64,000 nt of DNA, from the NCBI GenBank assembly GCA_041685355.1, contig JAWLFY010000005.1, positions 5,269 through 69,268 on the forward strand, written 5' to 3'. The translations under genes and the position numbers were made by a program. The notes under the pieces were generated by a model. It did no database searches and was not told where the DNA came from. It saw only the letters and a program-made list of their open reading frames with translations. Numbering within the stretch: the first letter of the stretch is position 1; the number at the start of each line of letters is the position of its first letter. Below, one piece after another: positions 37,399 to 46,300 of the stretch. This DNA comes from Pirellulaceae bacterium (GTDB lineage: Bacteria; Planctomycetota; Planctomycetia; Pirellulales; Pirellulaceae).

Positions 37399-38891
37399 GT
37401 GCCGCGTCACTCTCCGACGACCGTCCCGTCGACCCGGACGACGAGTCCCTCGTCGCTTATCTCGACGGCGAGCTCGCCGCGGAAGACCGCGACGCGTTGG
37501 AACGGCGTCTGCTCGAGGAGGACGCCCTCCGCGGCCGGCTCCGCGAATTGCAACACAGCTGGGACCTGTTGGAGGAACTGCCGTCGGCGACCCCCAACGA
37601 GAAGATGGTCGAGTCGACGCTCGAGATGGTCGTGTCGGACGTCGTTCGGGCTTCGCCGGAGCGTCCGATGTGGCACAAGGTGAGGGGGCCGTTGGTCGTC
37701 TTCGCCGCGCTGTTGCTCCCGCCGTTGGTCGCGTTCGGCGCGGTGGCGTGGAAGCGGACCGCCGATTATCGTCGCGAACTGGAGATGTTGGCGGTCGCCG
37801 AGAACGTCGACGCGTATCTGCAAGCGGACGACCTCGAACTGATGCGTGAGCTCGCCACCAACGAACGTTGGAATCGGATGATCCTCGCCGCGCGGGAAGT
37901 CGGGTTGATCCCTTATGACACGTCACCGATCGTCGCATCGGTCCCGGTCGGCGAACGGGAATCGACGTTGGAAGCCCTCGACGCGGATCAACGCTCTCGC
38001 TTGGCGACCCGTTGGGATCGCTTTCAACAACTCGCCCCGGAAACACGGCAGCGTGTCGAGGCGACCCATCGGCAGGTCCGGCAACAGACCGATGCCGCCT
38101 CGCTCGTCCGCACGATGAAAGATTACTCGGCGTGGAAGGAAACGCTGCGGCCCCGGCTAACGGACGACATGGAGGGTCGCTCGAAAGAGGCCCGAACCGA
38201 CGCGGCCCGTCGGTCGGCGGCGATCGAGATGGCAATCACCGATACGATTCGTGATTTGACCGAGCGGTCCGGGATGGCGTTGGATGACGCGACCGCCCGC
38301 GAGATCTACCATGTGTTGGAAGAGATCGTCCGGATGCGGCTCCGCAGCGGCGACTCGGCGACCTCCGCGTTGGTCGATTATTTGGAAGAACGCTCGCGAA
38401 ACGTCGCCGAGATGATCGACGAGGATCCCCGCGACATCGCGACCCGATCGGCGATCGTGGTGATCCTGCGGGCCGATTCCGGACGACGACCGTTCCGCTT
38501 CGGCCCGCCACTGCCGGACGATTTGGAACCGGTCACGCCGCTCTCCCACGACGAACTCGAATGGATCCGTGTCGTGTTGCCACGCGAAGAACAGCGTCGA
38601 CTCGACCTGATCGCCGGCGACGATTCGGGACGTCTCGCCTACCTCCGGGCATGGGCCGAAGAGGCGTTCCAGCGGACGTCGCCGTACCAGCGGCGCCGCG
38701 ACGAGCACTCGACGCGATATTTTGCGTTGCCAGCGGGGCTTCGCGACCGTGTCGATCTGGACGACCCGGCGAAGTTGGCGCGGCATTTGTCGTGGGGACG
38801 CGGGCGCGGATCGAACGGCCCCTCCCCGCCACGGGGTCCCCGCCGAGATCGCGGCCAACGGGATGGCGGCGGAGACGAAAACGACCGTTAA
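37395..38891 (+). CDS. Putative anti-sigma factor (single-pass membrane protein)
   Basis: ATGA overlap with the sigma gene. N-terminus 'LVAYLDGELAAEDRDALERRLLEE..LRGRLRELQHSWDLL' resembles the anti-sigma N-domain. One TM helix (LVVFAALLLPPLVAFGAVAW). The ~370-aa C-terminal domain is unrecognised. Confidence 0.6.
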   Translation: MSAASLSDDRPVDPDDESLVAYLDGELAAEDRDALERRLLEEDALRGRLRELQHSWDLLEELPSATPNEKMVESTLEMVVSDVVRASPERPMWHKVRGPLVVFAALLLPPLVAFGAVAWKRTADYRRELEMLAVAENVDAYLQADDLELMRELATNERWNRMILAAREVGLIPYDTSPIVASVPVGERESTLEALDADQRSRLATRWDRFQQLAPETRQRVEATHRQVRQQTDAASLVRTMKDYSAWKETLRPRLTDDMEGRSKEARTDAARRSAAIEMAITDTIRDLTERSGMALDDATAREIYHVLEEIVRMRLRSGDSATSALVDYLEERSRNVAEMIDEDPRDIATRSAIVVILRADSGRRPFRFGPPLPDDLEPVTPLSHDELEWIRVVLPREEQRRLDLIAGDDSGRLAYLRAWAEEAFQRTSPYQRRRDEHSTRYFALPAGLRDRVDLDDPAKLARHLSWGRGRGSNGPSPPRGPRRDRGQRDGGGDENDR

Positions 38892-38907
38892 GCATGAGAA
38901 GGAATCG

Positions 38908-39900
38908 ATGAAAGCCGCGTACATTGAGTCGACCGGGACGCCCGACGTGATCCGGTACGGTGAACTCCCCGACCCGCGGCCTGGGCCCCGCGACGTGGTG
39001 ATCCGCGTCGAAGCGGTTTCGGTCAACCCGATCGACACGTACGTCCGTGGCGGACTGGTCGCGTTCGAGCTGCCGATCCCGTTCGTCGTCGGCTGCGACG
39101 CCTCAGGGATCGTCGAGTCGGTCGGCGCGGAGGTCGACCGCTTCGCCCCCGGTGACCCCGTGTGGTGTACCAACCAAGGGCTGCTAGGTCGGCAAGGGAC
39201 GTTCGCCGAGCGGATCGCCGTCGACGCCGATTGGTGCTATCCCCGGCCGCCGGAAGTCACCGCCGAGGCGGTCGCGTCGATCGCCCTGGTCGGGATCACC
39301 GCCCACTTGGGTCTGTTCCGCGAAGCGTCGCTCCGAGCCGGTGAGACGGTGTTGGTGATCGGCGGCAGCGGCGGCGTCGGATCGATGGTGGTCCAGATGG
39401 CGAAGGCGACCGGGGCGCGAGTCGTTGCGACGGCCGGGTCGGCCGAGAAGCGACAAACCGTGATCGACTTGGGCGCCGACGTCGCGATCGACTACACCGC
39501 CGAATCGATCGCCGAGGCGACCCGGGCGGCTTGTCCCGACGGCGTCAACGTGGTCTGGGAGACCCGCCGGGTTCCCGATTTCGACCTCGCCGTCGAATGC
39601 CTCGCCGAACGCGGCCGGATGGTATTGATGGCGGGACGCGACGCCCGCCCCGAGTTCCCTGTCGGCCCGTTCTATGTCAAAGAATGCTCGCTGCACGGGT
39701 TCGCGATGTTCAAGGCAAGCCCGGCAGAAATGCGGGCCGCCGCCGAAGCGATCAACGGTTGGATGGTCGACGGAAAGCTGAAGCCGAACATCGGCCTCCG
39801 GTTGCCGCTCGAGCAGGCCGCCGAGGCACACCGCCGACAGGAAGCCGCGACCGTCGAAGGTAAAGGCAACCTGCAAGGCAAGATCGTCCTCACCCCGTAA
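38908..39900 (+). CDS. NADPH:quinone reductase-like zinc-independent MDR oxidoreductase
   Basis: ATG at 38908 with GAGAAGGA upstream. 'VVIRVEAVSVNPIDTYVRGG', 'VLVIGGSGGVGSMVVQMAK', 'GKIVLTP'. Confidence 0.88.
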   Translation: MKAAYIESTGTPDVIRYGELPDPRPGPRDVVIRVEAVSVNPIDTYVRGGLVAFELPIPFVVGCDASGIVESVGAEVDRFAPGDPVWCTNQGLLGRQGTFAERIAVDADWCYPRPPEVTAEAVASIALVGITAHLGLFREASLRAGETVLVIGGSGGVGSMVVQMAKATGARVVATAGSAEKRQTVIDLGADVAIDYTAESIAEATRAACPDGVNVVWETRRVPDFDLAVECLAERGRMVLMAGRDARPEFPVGPFYVKECSLHGFAMFKASPAEMRAAAEAINGWMVDGKLKPNIGLRLPLEQAAEAHRRQEAATVEGKGNLQGKIVLTP

Positions 39901-39923
39901 ACGCGGCGAGCCGTTCCGGCCCG

Positions 39924-40676
39924 TTAGCGGCGTCGACGGCGGTCCCGTTCAAAGCGGATGCGGCAACCGATCGGGACGGTTTCGCTGAGCTCCGGCGTTT
40001 TCCCGTCGAGCACGGCGTCGATCGCTTTGGCGACGTGCCGCCGCGTGACGTTCTCGCCGTCGGGGCTGTCGTCGAGTGAGCCCATGTAGGCGACGTGTCG
40101 GTCGCCGTCGAGGACGTAACACTCCGGCGTCGTCGTGGCGCCGTACTCCTTGGCGATCTGCTGCGACTCGTCGTACAGGTAGGGGAACGTGAACCCCTTT
40201 TCCTCCGCCCGCTCCTTCATCGCTTCGGGCGAGTCCGCTTCGACGCGGTTGACGTTGATCGCCACGACGGCGACGTTCCGGTTTCGGCATTCGTTCGCGA
40301 GCGAAATCAGCCGGTCTTCGACGTCGACCGCGTAGGGACAACTGTTGCAGGTAAACACGACGACCACGGCGTCGTGGTCGTGAAGGTCGCCGAGCGAATG
40401 GAGATTGCCCTTGGTGTCGGGAAGGTCCTTCCACGCGGGAGCCGGGTCGCCGATGTCGAGCACCCGATTGTATTCCCCGGCCCCGGCGGGTCCCGACGAT
40501 CCGATGACCGCAACGAGGATTCCGATCGCCAGTCGCGGGAGCATCCCGCGTGGGGCGAACCGGGCGGCCGCAGATCGCGATGTCGCGACTCGCGATGCGA
40601 CGGTGCGCGATGCGACGGTGCGGGGCGTGGGGGTACCTTCGGCGACGGGACGCATCGGCTCGTTTACGAGACGCAT
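39924..40676 (-). CDS. Thioredoxin-fold (TlpA/redoxin-like) protein, secreted or anchored
   Basis: ATG at 40676. Hydrophobic segment 'LAIGILVAVIGSSG'. 'VVVVFTCNSCPYA' (CxxC) and 'FTFPYLYDESQQIAKEYGATTTPECYVLD'. The upstream part of ORF 39924..41495 was rejected. Confidence 0.85.
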   Translation of the reverse strand: MRLVNEPMRPVAEGTPTPRTVASRTVASRVATSRSAAARFAPRGMLPRLAIGILVAVIGSSGPAGAGEYNRVLDIGDPAPAWKDLPDTKGNLHSLGDLHDHDAVVVVFTCNSCPYAVDVEDRLISLANECRNRNVAVVAINVNRVEADSPEAMKERAEEKGFTFPYLYDESQQIAKEYGATTTPECYVLDGDRHVAYMGSLDDSPDGENVTRRHVAKAIDAVLDGKTPELSETVPIGCRIRFERDRRRRR

Positions 40677-40759
40677 CGATTGCTCCTTAGCGGTGCGAGG
40701 GTCTGACAGCCTATCGGAAAACGGGCAGTCCCTTTTTCGGATCGGCACTGGCGTCCGAG

Positions 40760-43240
40760 TCAGTTCGATGGGGAGAGCGGCCGCGCCTTCCAGATTTCGT
40801 CGGCGTATTGCCGGATCGTCCGGTCGCTGGAGAACCATCCGCTGTTGGCGGTGTTGAGGATGCTCATCTCGTCCCAGCGTTCGGGGGCCGCGTACGTTTG
40901 GTCGACCTTGCGTTGGGTGTCGATGTAATCCCGCAGGTCGGCGATCGAGAGCCACGGATCGTGGGGGTTCCGGAGGCCCGAGGTGAGCAGGTTGAAGATT
41001 CCCGGTTCCGCGCGATTGAAGTGTCCGCCCTCGAGCAGGTCCATCACCCGTTTGATTTCCGGATCGGCCGCGATGATCTCGTTCGGCCGGTAGTCGCGGC
41101 GTTTCTCTTGCACCTGGTCGGCATCGAGCCCGAACAGGAAGAAATTCTCCGCGCCGGCGTTGTCGCGGATTTCGATGTTGGCGCCGTCGAGGGTGCCGAT
41201 CGTGAGTGCCCCGTTCATCATGAACTTCATGTTTCCGGTGCCCGACGCTTCCTTGCCGGCGGTCGAGATCTGTTCGGAGAGTTCGGTTCCGGGGCAGATC
41301 ACTTCCATCGCGGAGACGCGATAGTTCGGCAGGAAGACGAGCCGCAGCAGTTCCTTCGTTTTCGGCTCGGCGTTGACCACACGGGCGACGTCGTTGATCA
41401 GCTTGATGATCAGCTTCGCGACGTGGTACCCGGGAGCGGCCTTGCCGCCGATCAGGACGCACCGCGGCGTGATCCCCTCGGTATCGCCGGAACAAATCCG
41501 ATCGTAGAGGTGGATCACGTGCAACACGTTCAGGAGTTGCCGCTTGTATTCGTGAATCCTTTTGACCTGGACGTCGAACATGGCGTCGGTGTCGAACCGG
41601 ATCCCGGTGTTCTTCTCGACGTAATCGGCGAGCCGTTCCTTGTTGGCCCGTTTGATGGCCCGCCAGCGTTCTCGGAATCCGGCGTCGCCGGCGTGCGACT
41701 CAAGCCCCTTGATTTCGGTGAGATCGTCTTGCCAGCGTTGGCCGACGGTCTCGTTGAGCAGGTCGCGAAGCCCGGGGTTGCAGTGGGCGAGCCAACGCCG
41801 CTGGGTCACGCCGTTCGTCTTGTTGTTGAACTTCTTGGGCCACAGCGAATAGAAGTCGGAGAACAGGCCGTTCTTCAGCAATTCGGTGTGCAGGGCGGCG
41901 ACGCCGTTGACGGAGAAGCTGCCGACGATCGCCAAGTAGGCCATCCGGATGTGCGGCTGGTCCCCCTCTTCGATCAGCGACATTTTTCGCCGCATCTCGG
42001 TGTCACCCGGCCATTGTCGTTCGATCTCTTGCAAGAACCGGCGGTTGATCTCGTAGATGATGTCCATCAGCCGCGGCAGCAGTCGGCTGAACAGCGACAC
42101 CGACCATCGTTCGAGGGCTTCGGGGAGGAGCGTGTGGTTGGTGTACGCCATGCAGCGAGTCGTGATGTTCCACGCGTCTTCCCATTCCTGCCCGTGCTCA
42201 TCCATCAAGATTCGCATCAGCTCGGCGATCGCACACGCCGGGTGGGTGTCGTTGAGCTGGAAGCAGTGCCGGGCATCGAACTCGCTGAAATCTTCACCGT
42301 GGGTTTCGACCCACTGGTCGATCACGTCTTGGAGGCTGGCGGAGACCAGGAAGTACTGCTGTTTGAGGCGCAGTTCCTTCCCGTTCTCGCTCGCGTCGTT
42401 CGGATACAGGACCATCGAGATCTGTTCGGCCGACGTCTTCGCGGCGACCGCTTCGGGGTAGCTGCCCGCGTTGAACTCGTCGAGATCGAACACGTCGGTC
42501 GTGGTCGCCCGCCACAGGCGGAGGGTGTTGACGGTCCCGTTGCGGTACCCGGGGATCGGCATGTCGTAGGGGACGGCGACGACGTCGTGGCTGTCGGCCC
42601 ATCGGGTGCGAAGCCGCCCGTCATCCCCGTGGTAATACTCGGTCCGCCCGTAAAAGCGGACTTGTCGGGTCGACTCCGGACGTTCGATTTCCCACGGGTT
42701 TCCGTCCCGCAGCCAGTGGTCCGGTTCCTCGACCTGAAACCCGTCGCGGATATGTTGCTGGAACATTCCGTACTCATAGCGGATGCCGTAGCCGACCACG
42801 GGAAGACGCAGGTTGGCACAGCTATCGAGGAAGCAGGCGGCGAGCCGTCCGAGGCCACCGTTGCCGAGCCCCGCGTCGATCTCCTTTTCGACCAGTTCTT
42901 CGAGGCCGACGCCGTAGCGGTGCAAGGCGTCTCGCACGGCGTCATCCAAGTCGAGATTCTGGACGGCGTTGGAGAGCGAGCGACCGATCAAAAATTCGAG
43001 CGAGAGATAGCAAACCTTCTTGTGGTCCCCGGTCCGCATGCGGTGATCCGTATCCCGCCACTGGGCCACCAAACGGTCGCGGACGGCGATCGCGAGCGCT
43101 CGATACAGGTATTGGCGATCGCCGTCGTCGTGGCCGAGCGTGATCGTCAGATGCCGGTGCAATTCCTGCGGCAGGTCGCCCAGTTGCGCGGTCGCTCTGG
43201 CGGGCTCCATCGTCGAGGTCTCTTGGCACAGGTCCGTCAT
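40760..43240 (-). CDS. glgP: Glycogen/alpha-glucan phosphorylase
   Basis: 827 aa from the ATG at 43240. 'VCYLSLEFLIGRSL', 'LGNGGLGRLAACFLDS', and the PLP-lysine block 'EASGTGNMKFMMNGALTIGTLDGANIEI'. Confidence 0.95.
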   Translation of the reverse strand: MTDLCQETSTMEPARATAQLGDLPQELHRHLTITLGHDDGDRQYLYRALAIAVRDRLVAQWRDTDHRMRTGDHKKVCYLSLEFLIGRSLSNAVQNLDLDDAVRDALHRYGVGLEELVEKEIDAGLGNGGLGRLAACFLDSCANLRLPVVGYGIRYEYGMFQQHIRDGFQVEEPDHWLRDGNPWEIERPESTRQVRFYGRTEYYHGDDGRLRTRWADSHDVVAVPYDMPIPGYRNGTVNTLRLWRATTTDVFDLDEFNAGSYPEAVAAKTSAEQISMVLYPNDASENGKELRLKQQYFLVSASLQDVIDQWVETHGEDFSEFDARHCFQLNDTHPACAIAELMRILMDEHGQEWEDAWNITTRCMAYTNHTLLPEALERWSVSLFSRLLPRLMDIIYEINRRFLQEIERQWPGDTEMRRKMSLIEEGDQPHIRMAYLAIVGSFSVNGVAALHTELLKNGLFSDFYSLWPKKFNNKTNGVTQRRWLAHCNPGLRDLLNETVGQRWQDDLTEIKGLESHAGDAGFRERWRAIKRANKERLADYVEKNTGIRFDTDAMFDVQVKRIHEYKRQLLNVLHVIHLYDRICSGDTEGITPRCVLIGGKAAPGYHVAKLIIKLINDVARVVNAEPKTKELLRLVFLPNYRVSAMEVICPGTELSEQISTAGKEASGTGNMKFMMNGALTIGTLDGANIEIRDNAGAENFFLFGLDADQVQEKRRDYRPNEIIAADPEIKRVMDLLEGGHFNRAEPGIFNLLTSGLRNPHDPWLSIADLRDYIDTQRKVDQTYAAPERWDEMSILNTANSGWFSSDRTIRQYADEIWKARPLSPSN

Positions 43241-43250
43241 GGCTTCTCGA

Positions 43251-43326
43251 GTGGGTTGGGATGACGAAAGTGGGTTGGGATGACGAAAGTGGGTTGGGAT
43301 GACGAAAGTGGATTGGGATGACGCAG
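43251..43326. repeat. Tandem repeat, 4 copies of 19 bp (gtgggttgggatgacgaaa)
   Basis: Three perfect copies plus one diverged copy, starting 11 nt upstream of the glgP ATG. This places it in the glgP leader/promoter, downstream of the FtsK-like gene. Confidence 0.9.
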
Positions 43327-43397
43327 GGACTGGACGGGTCGAAAGGTGTTCCGTCCCCAAGATGTTCCGTCCCCGAGAGTTTACGGGGAAACGACAA

Positions 43398-46300
43398 TTA
43401 ACAGTAGGTCGAAGATCCGGGGCCCGTGAGCCACGCCCGGACCTCCGCGGGGTCGGGGATCTCGCACGGACGGAACTTGACGACCCGTCCGTCGGCATCG
43501 TCGTACAGAATCATCGTGGCGGCCGATAGCTCGGCCGCCGCCGGGGTATCGATCAGCGCCGCGGAGTCGGACGCGTTGAGCCGGCCCAACACACGGAGTT
43601 CCAGGTCGTGCAAGGACGACCGGGGCAACCACCGCGTGAGCGTCTCGGCGGCGCCGCACACGACCACCGAGAAAACGTTCACCGCGGGGCCTTCGCGAAG
43701 GACATGTTGCAGCGATTTCCCCCCGCCGACCGAATCCGTGGCGTCGAGCGAAAAGGAGAACGCTTCGTCTTGACGGAGATCGCGGAATCGATCGAGCGGG
43801 TCGATCACGACAAATCGCGGGGTGCCGGCGGTCCCCGAATCGAGCCGTCGCCGCACCTCGCCATCGAGTTCGACCATCGCCGACTCGCTGTCGCGGGGCC
43901 GGACCGTGGACACCTCGATCCCGGCCTTCCCGATCCAATCGGCCAGTGGCGGCCCGTCCTCGGCACGACGCCCGTCGAAGTAGTGGACCTTCGCGCCGGG
44001 ATCGCCCCGCAGCAGCGTCCCGAGCATGCTTGCCACGACCGGCCCGCGAGATTCGGGGGGGGCGACGACCAACACGTTCCTTCCCGCGTCGGACGTCAGT
44101 TCGGCCGACACCGGCGGGCCGATCTCGACCGATTCGCCAAGCAACCCGCGCCGCGACAGGGCGACCTCGACACCTCCGCTTGCTCCGATCGGCACGCCAG
44201 GTCTGCCGACGGCGGCGTCGGCCAACGCGGGGGTCCAGCGACAGGGGCGATTCCCTTCGAACACGACCGGGGGGGGCAACCGTGAGACACGCGACCCGTC
44301 ACGGGCGGCGATCCCGCGGATCATTTCGGTTTGTCGGTCCGCCCCCAGCCAGGCGACCTGGAACGGCCGATTCCCCTCGATCAATCCTCCCGCGTCATTG
44401 TAGATCGCTTCGCCGGGGCGGCTGATCAAACGGGCCGCGGTGTTCTCGTCGGAGAGGATCAAGGCCGCGTCCGATTCGCTGCACTGCAACGCGATCCGGA
44501 CCGCCATCTGGCCGAGCGTCGCGCGGGGAAGCGAGTGGGTGCCGGCCAACGATTGGCTGCTCAGGATCACGTGCATCCCGAACGAACGGCCTTGACGGAC
44601 CAATCGGTCGAGCAACATCGCGCAGTCCGCGGCGAGCCGATCGTCGCGGACGAACAGTTCTTGGAACTCGTCGACCAACAACACGATCCGCGGCATCGGC
44701 TGACCCGCGTTGCGGCGATAACCGACCAGGTCTTGCGCGGCAGCGGCGCGGAACGCCTCGCCGCGTTCTTGCAATTCTTCGTCGAGCCGCCGCAACACGC
44801 TGTGGCCGAACTCCCGTTCACTCTCGATCCCGATCACCCGGGCGTGTGGCAAGCCGCCGTCGGCGTAAGGCTTGAACTCGACCCCTTTCTTGAAGTCGAG
44901 CAGGTACATTTGCAGCTCGTCGGGCGTGTACAGCGACGCGGCCGCCAAGATCGTCGCGTGCAGCAGCGTGCTCTTCCCCGATCCCGTCTTCCCCGCGATC
45001 AAAACGTGTTGCCGAACGCCCTCGCCGAGTTCCATCGCGAGCGCGCGGTTCGCCCCTTGGGTTCCGATCGGGATCGACAGCCCTGGGCCGGCGTCTCGGT
45101 CTCCGCCCGTGGCCAAGTCGCCCGCGGCAGGGAGGATCGACTCGAGCGGGATTTGCACCCGCGCCGCGGCAACGGCGTCTTGACCGATCCGTTCGATCAG
45201 CCGTCCCCTCAATCCGTCGGGCGGACCTGCGGCGGGCACGAGCGGCGGCCATTCGCGGCCCCCTTCGTCACACCTCACGGCCCCGTCGGGGGCGATTCGG
45301 ATCGAAAGCAACTTGTCCGAATCGAGCCGCTCGCCGTCGGGCCAAGGCCGCGACAGGTCACGCACGAGGAGGGTGAACACGCCGCACCGTCGGCCGCTTT
45401 CGATCAGCGCGTTGAGGTGGCGGACGGCGGTTCGCGAGAGCCCGTCGGGGACCCCGATCGCGGCCACCGCGCGGTACGGTTCGGCCATCGACCCGGCGAC
45501 CTCGTTGTAATCTTCGACCCGTGCGTAACGGTCGCGGAGCATCGTCTGCAAAACGTCCTCAACGTGGTGCGCGAGTTCCCCCAGCCGCGCTTCGATCTGG
45601 GACTCGGTCGTCCACACGCGATGTCCCACCAGCGCCGGGTCGTGGTCGGCCAAGTCCATGAACCGGGTGAAGTGCTGGCCGCGACCGATCGGGTCGATCA
45701 ACGTCAACCGCCCGCGACCGGGCGGGGCCGACGAGAGCAATCGCCACAACGTTTGGTGGGCCAGATCGACCGCGTCGGTCATCCGTTCGGTCGGGGCGGA
45801 GATCATCACGCCGCTGTGGACCCGGCGGTGGACCGCGACCGGCAACTCGAGTTGAACCGTGCCATCTTCCGTTGCGACCGCGTCGCGATCCGTTTCGACC
45901 GCACCTCCCTCCGCTTGCCCCGTGCCGCCGGCTTGTCCCGTGCCGCCGGCTTGTCCCGTGCCGCCGGCTTGTCCCGTGACGCCGGCTTGTCCCGTGACGC
46001 CCGATTCGCCGGTCGCTCCGTTCCGCTTGGCCACCACGGACATTGACCCGATCGGCAAGGCGTCGACGGTCGCGCCCCGTTCGCCGCTGCCCGCGATCAC
46101 GGCGGCCCAGTCGGGATGGCGGCGGCGGAGCCGGTTTCGGGCGGCGTCGGCGTGCGCGATGCCGCGACGGATTCCGTCGTCGACGCGTCGTTGGAGTCTC
46201 GTCAGCTCGTCTCGTCGACGGGCCTCGTTCGCTTCCCGCTGTTGATTCAGCGTCGCTTCGGTGTCGAGAATCTCCTGCGTGATCGCGCGGGCCGTCTCGT

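Noticed and set aside
36034-38235. 733-aa ORF antisense to the kinase 3' end, the ECF sigma and the anti-sigma genes.
   Set aside because: Extreme Arg/Pro content, and it spans three well-supported genes on the other strand. This is a typical GC-rich artefact.
38722-38907. Upstream extension of the quinone-reductase-like ORF, overlapping the anti-sigma gene end.
   Set aside because: The MDR-family N-terminus (MKAAYIE…) begins at the ATG at 38908, which has a good RBS. The extension is an out-of-frame overlap with the preceding gene.
40677-41495. Upstream 273 aa of ORF 39924..41495.
   Set aside because: It overlaps glgP in another frame and is Arg/Pro-rich. The thioredoxin-fold protein starts sensibly at the ATG at 40676, with a hydrophobic anchor.
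40808-43264. 818-aa ORF antisense to glgP.
   Set aside because: It is a shadow frame. glgP carries the diagnostic PLP-lysine block on the minus strand.
43241-43498. N-terminal 86-aa extension of the glgP ORF, which would overlap the 3' end of the FtsK-like gene.
   Set aside because: The extension translates the 19-bp tandem repeat (THFRHPNPLSSSQPT repeated) and has no phosphorylase similarity. The phosphorylase alignment starts near the ATG at 43240.
44331-46046. 571-aa + strand ORF and several 150-370-aa ORFs (e.g. 46727..47851 +, 46891..47970 -) overlapping the FtsK-like gene and its neighbours.
   Set aside because: Their composition is dominated by R/P/G/A and no motifs are present. The minus-strand frame carries intact Walker A/B and a coherent domain architecture.
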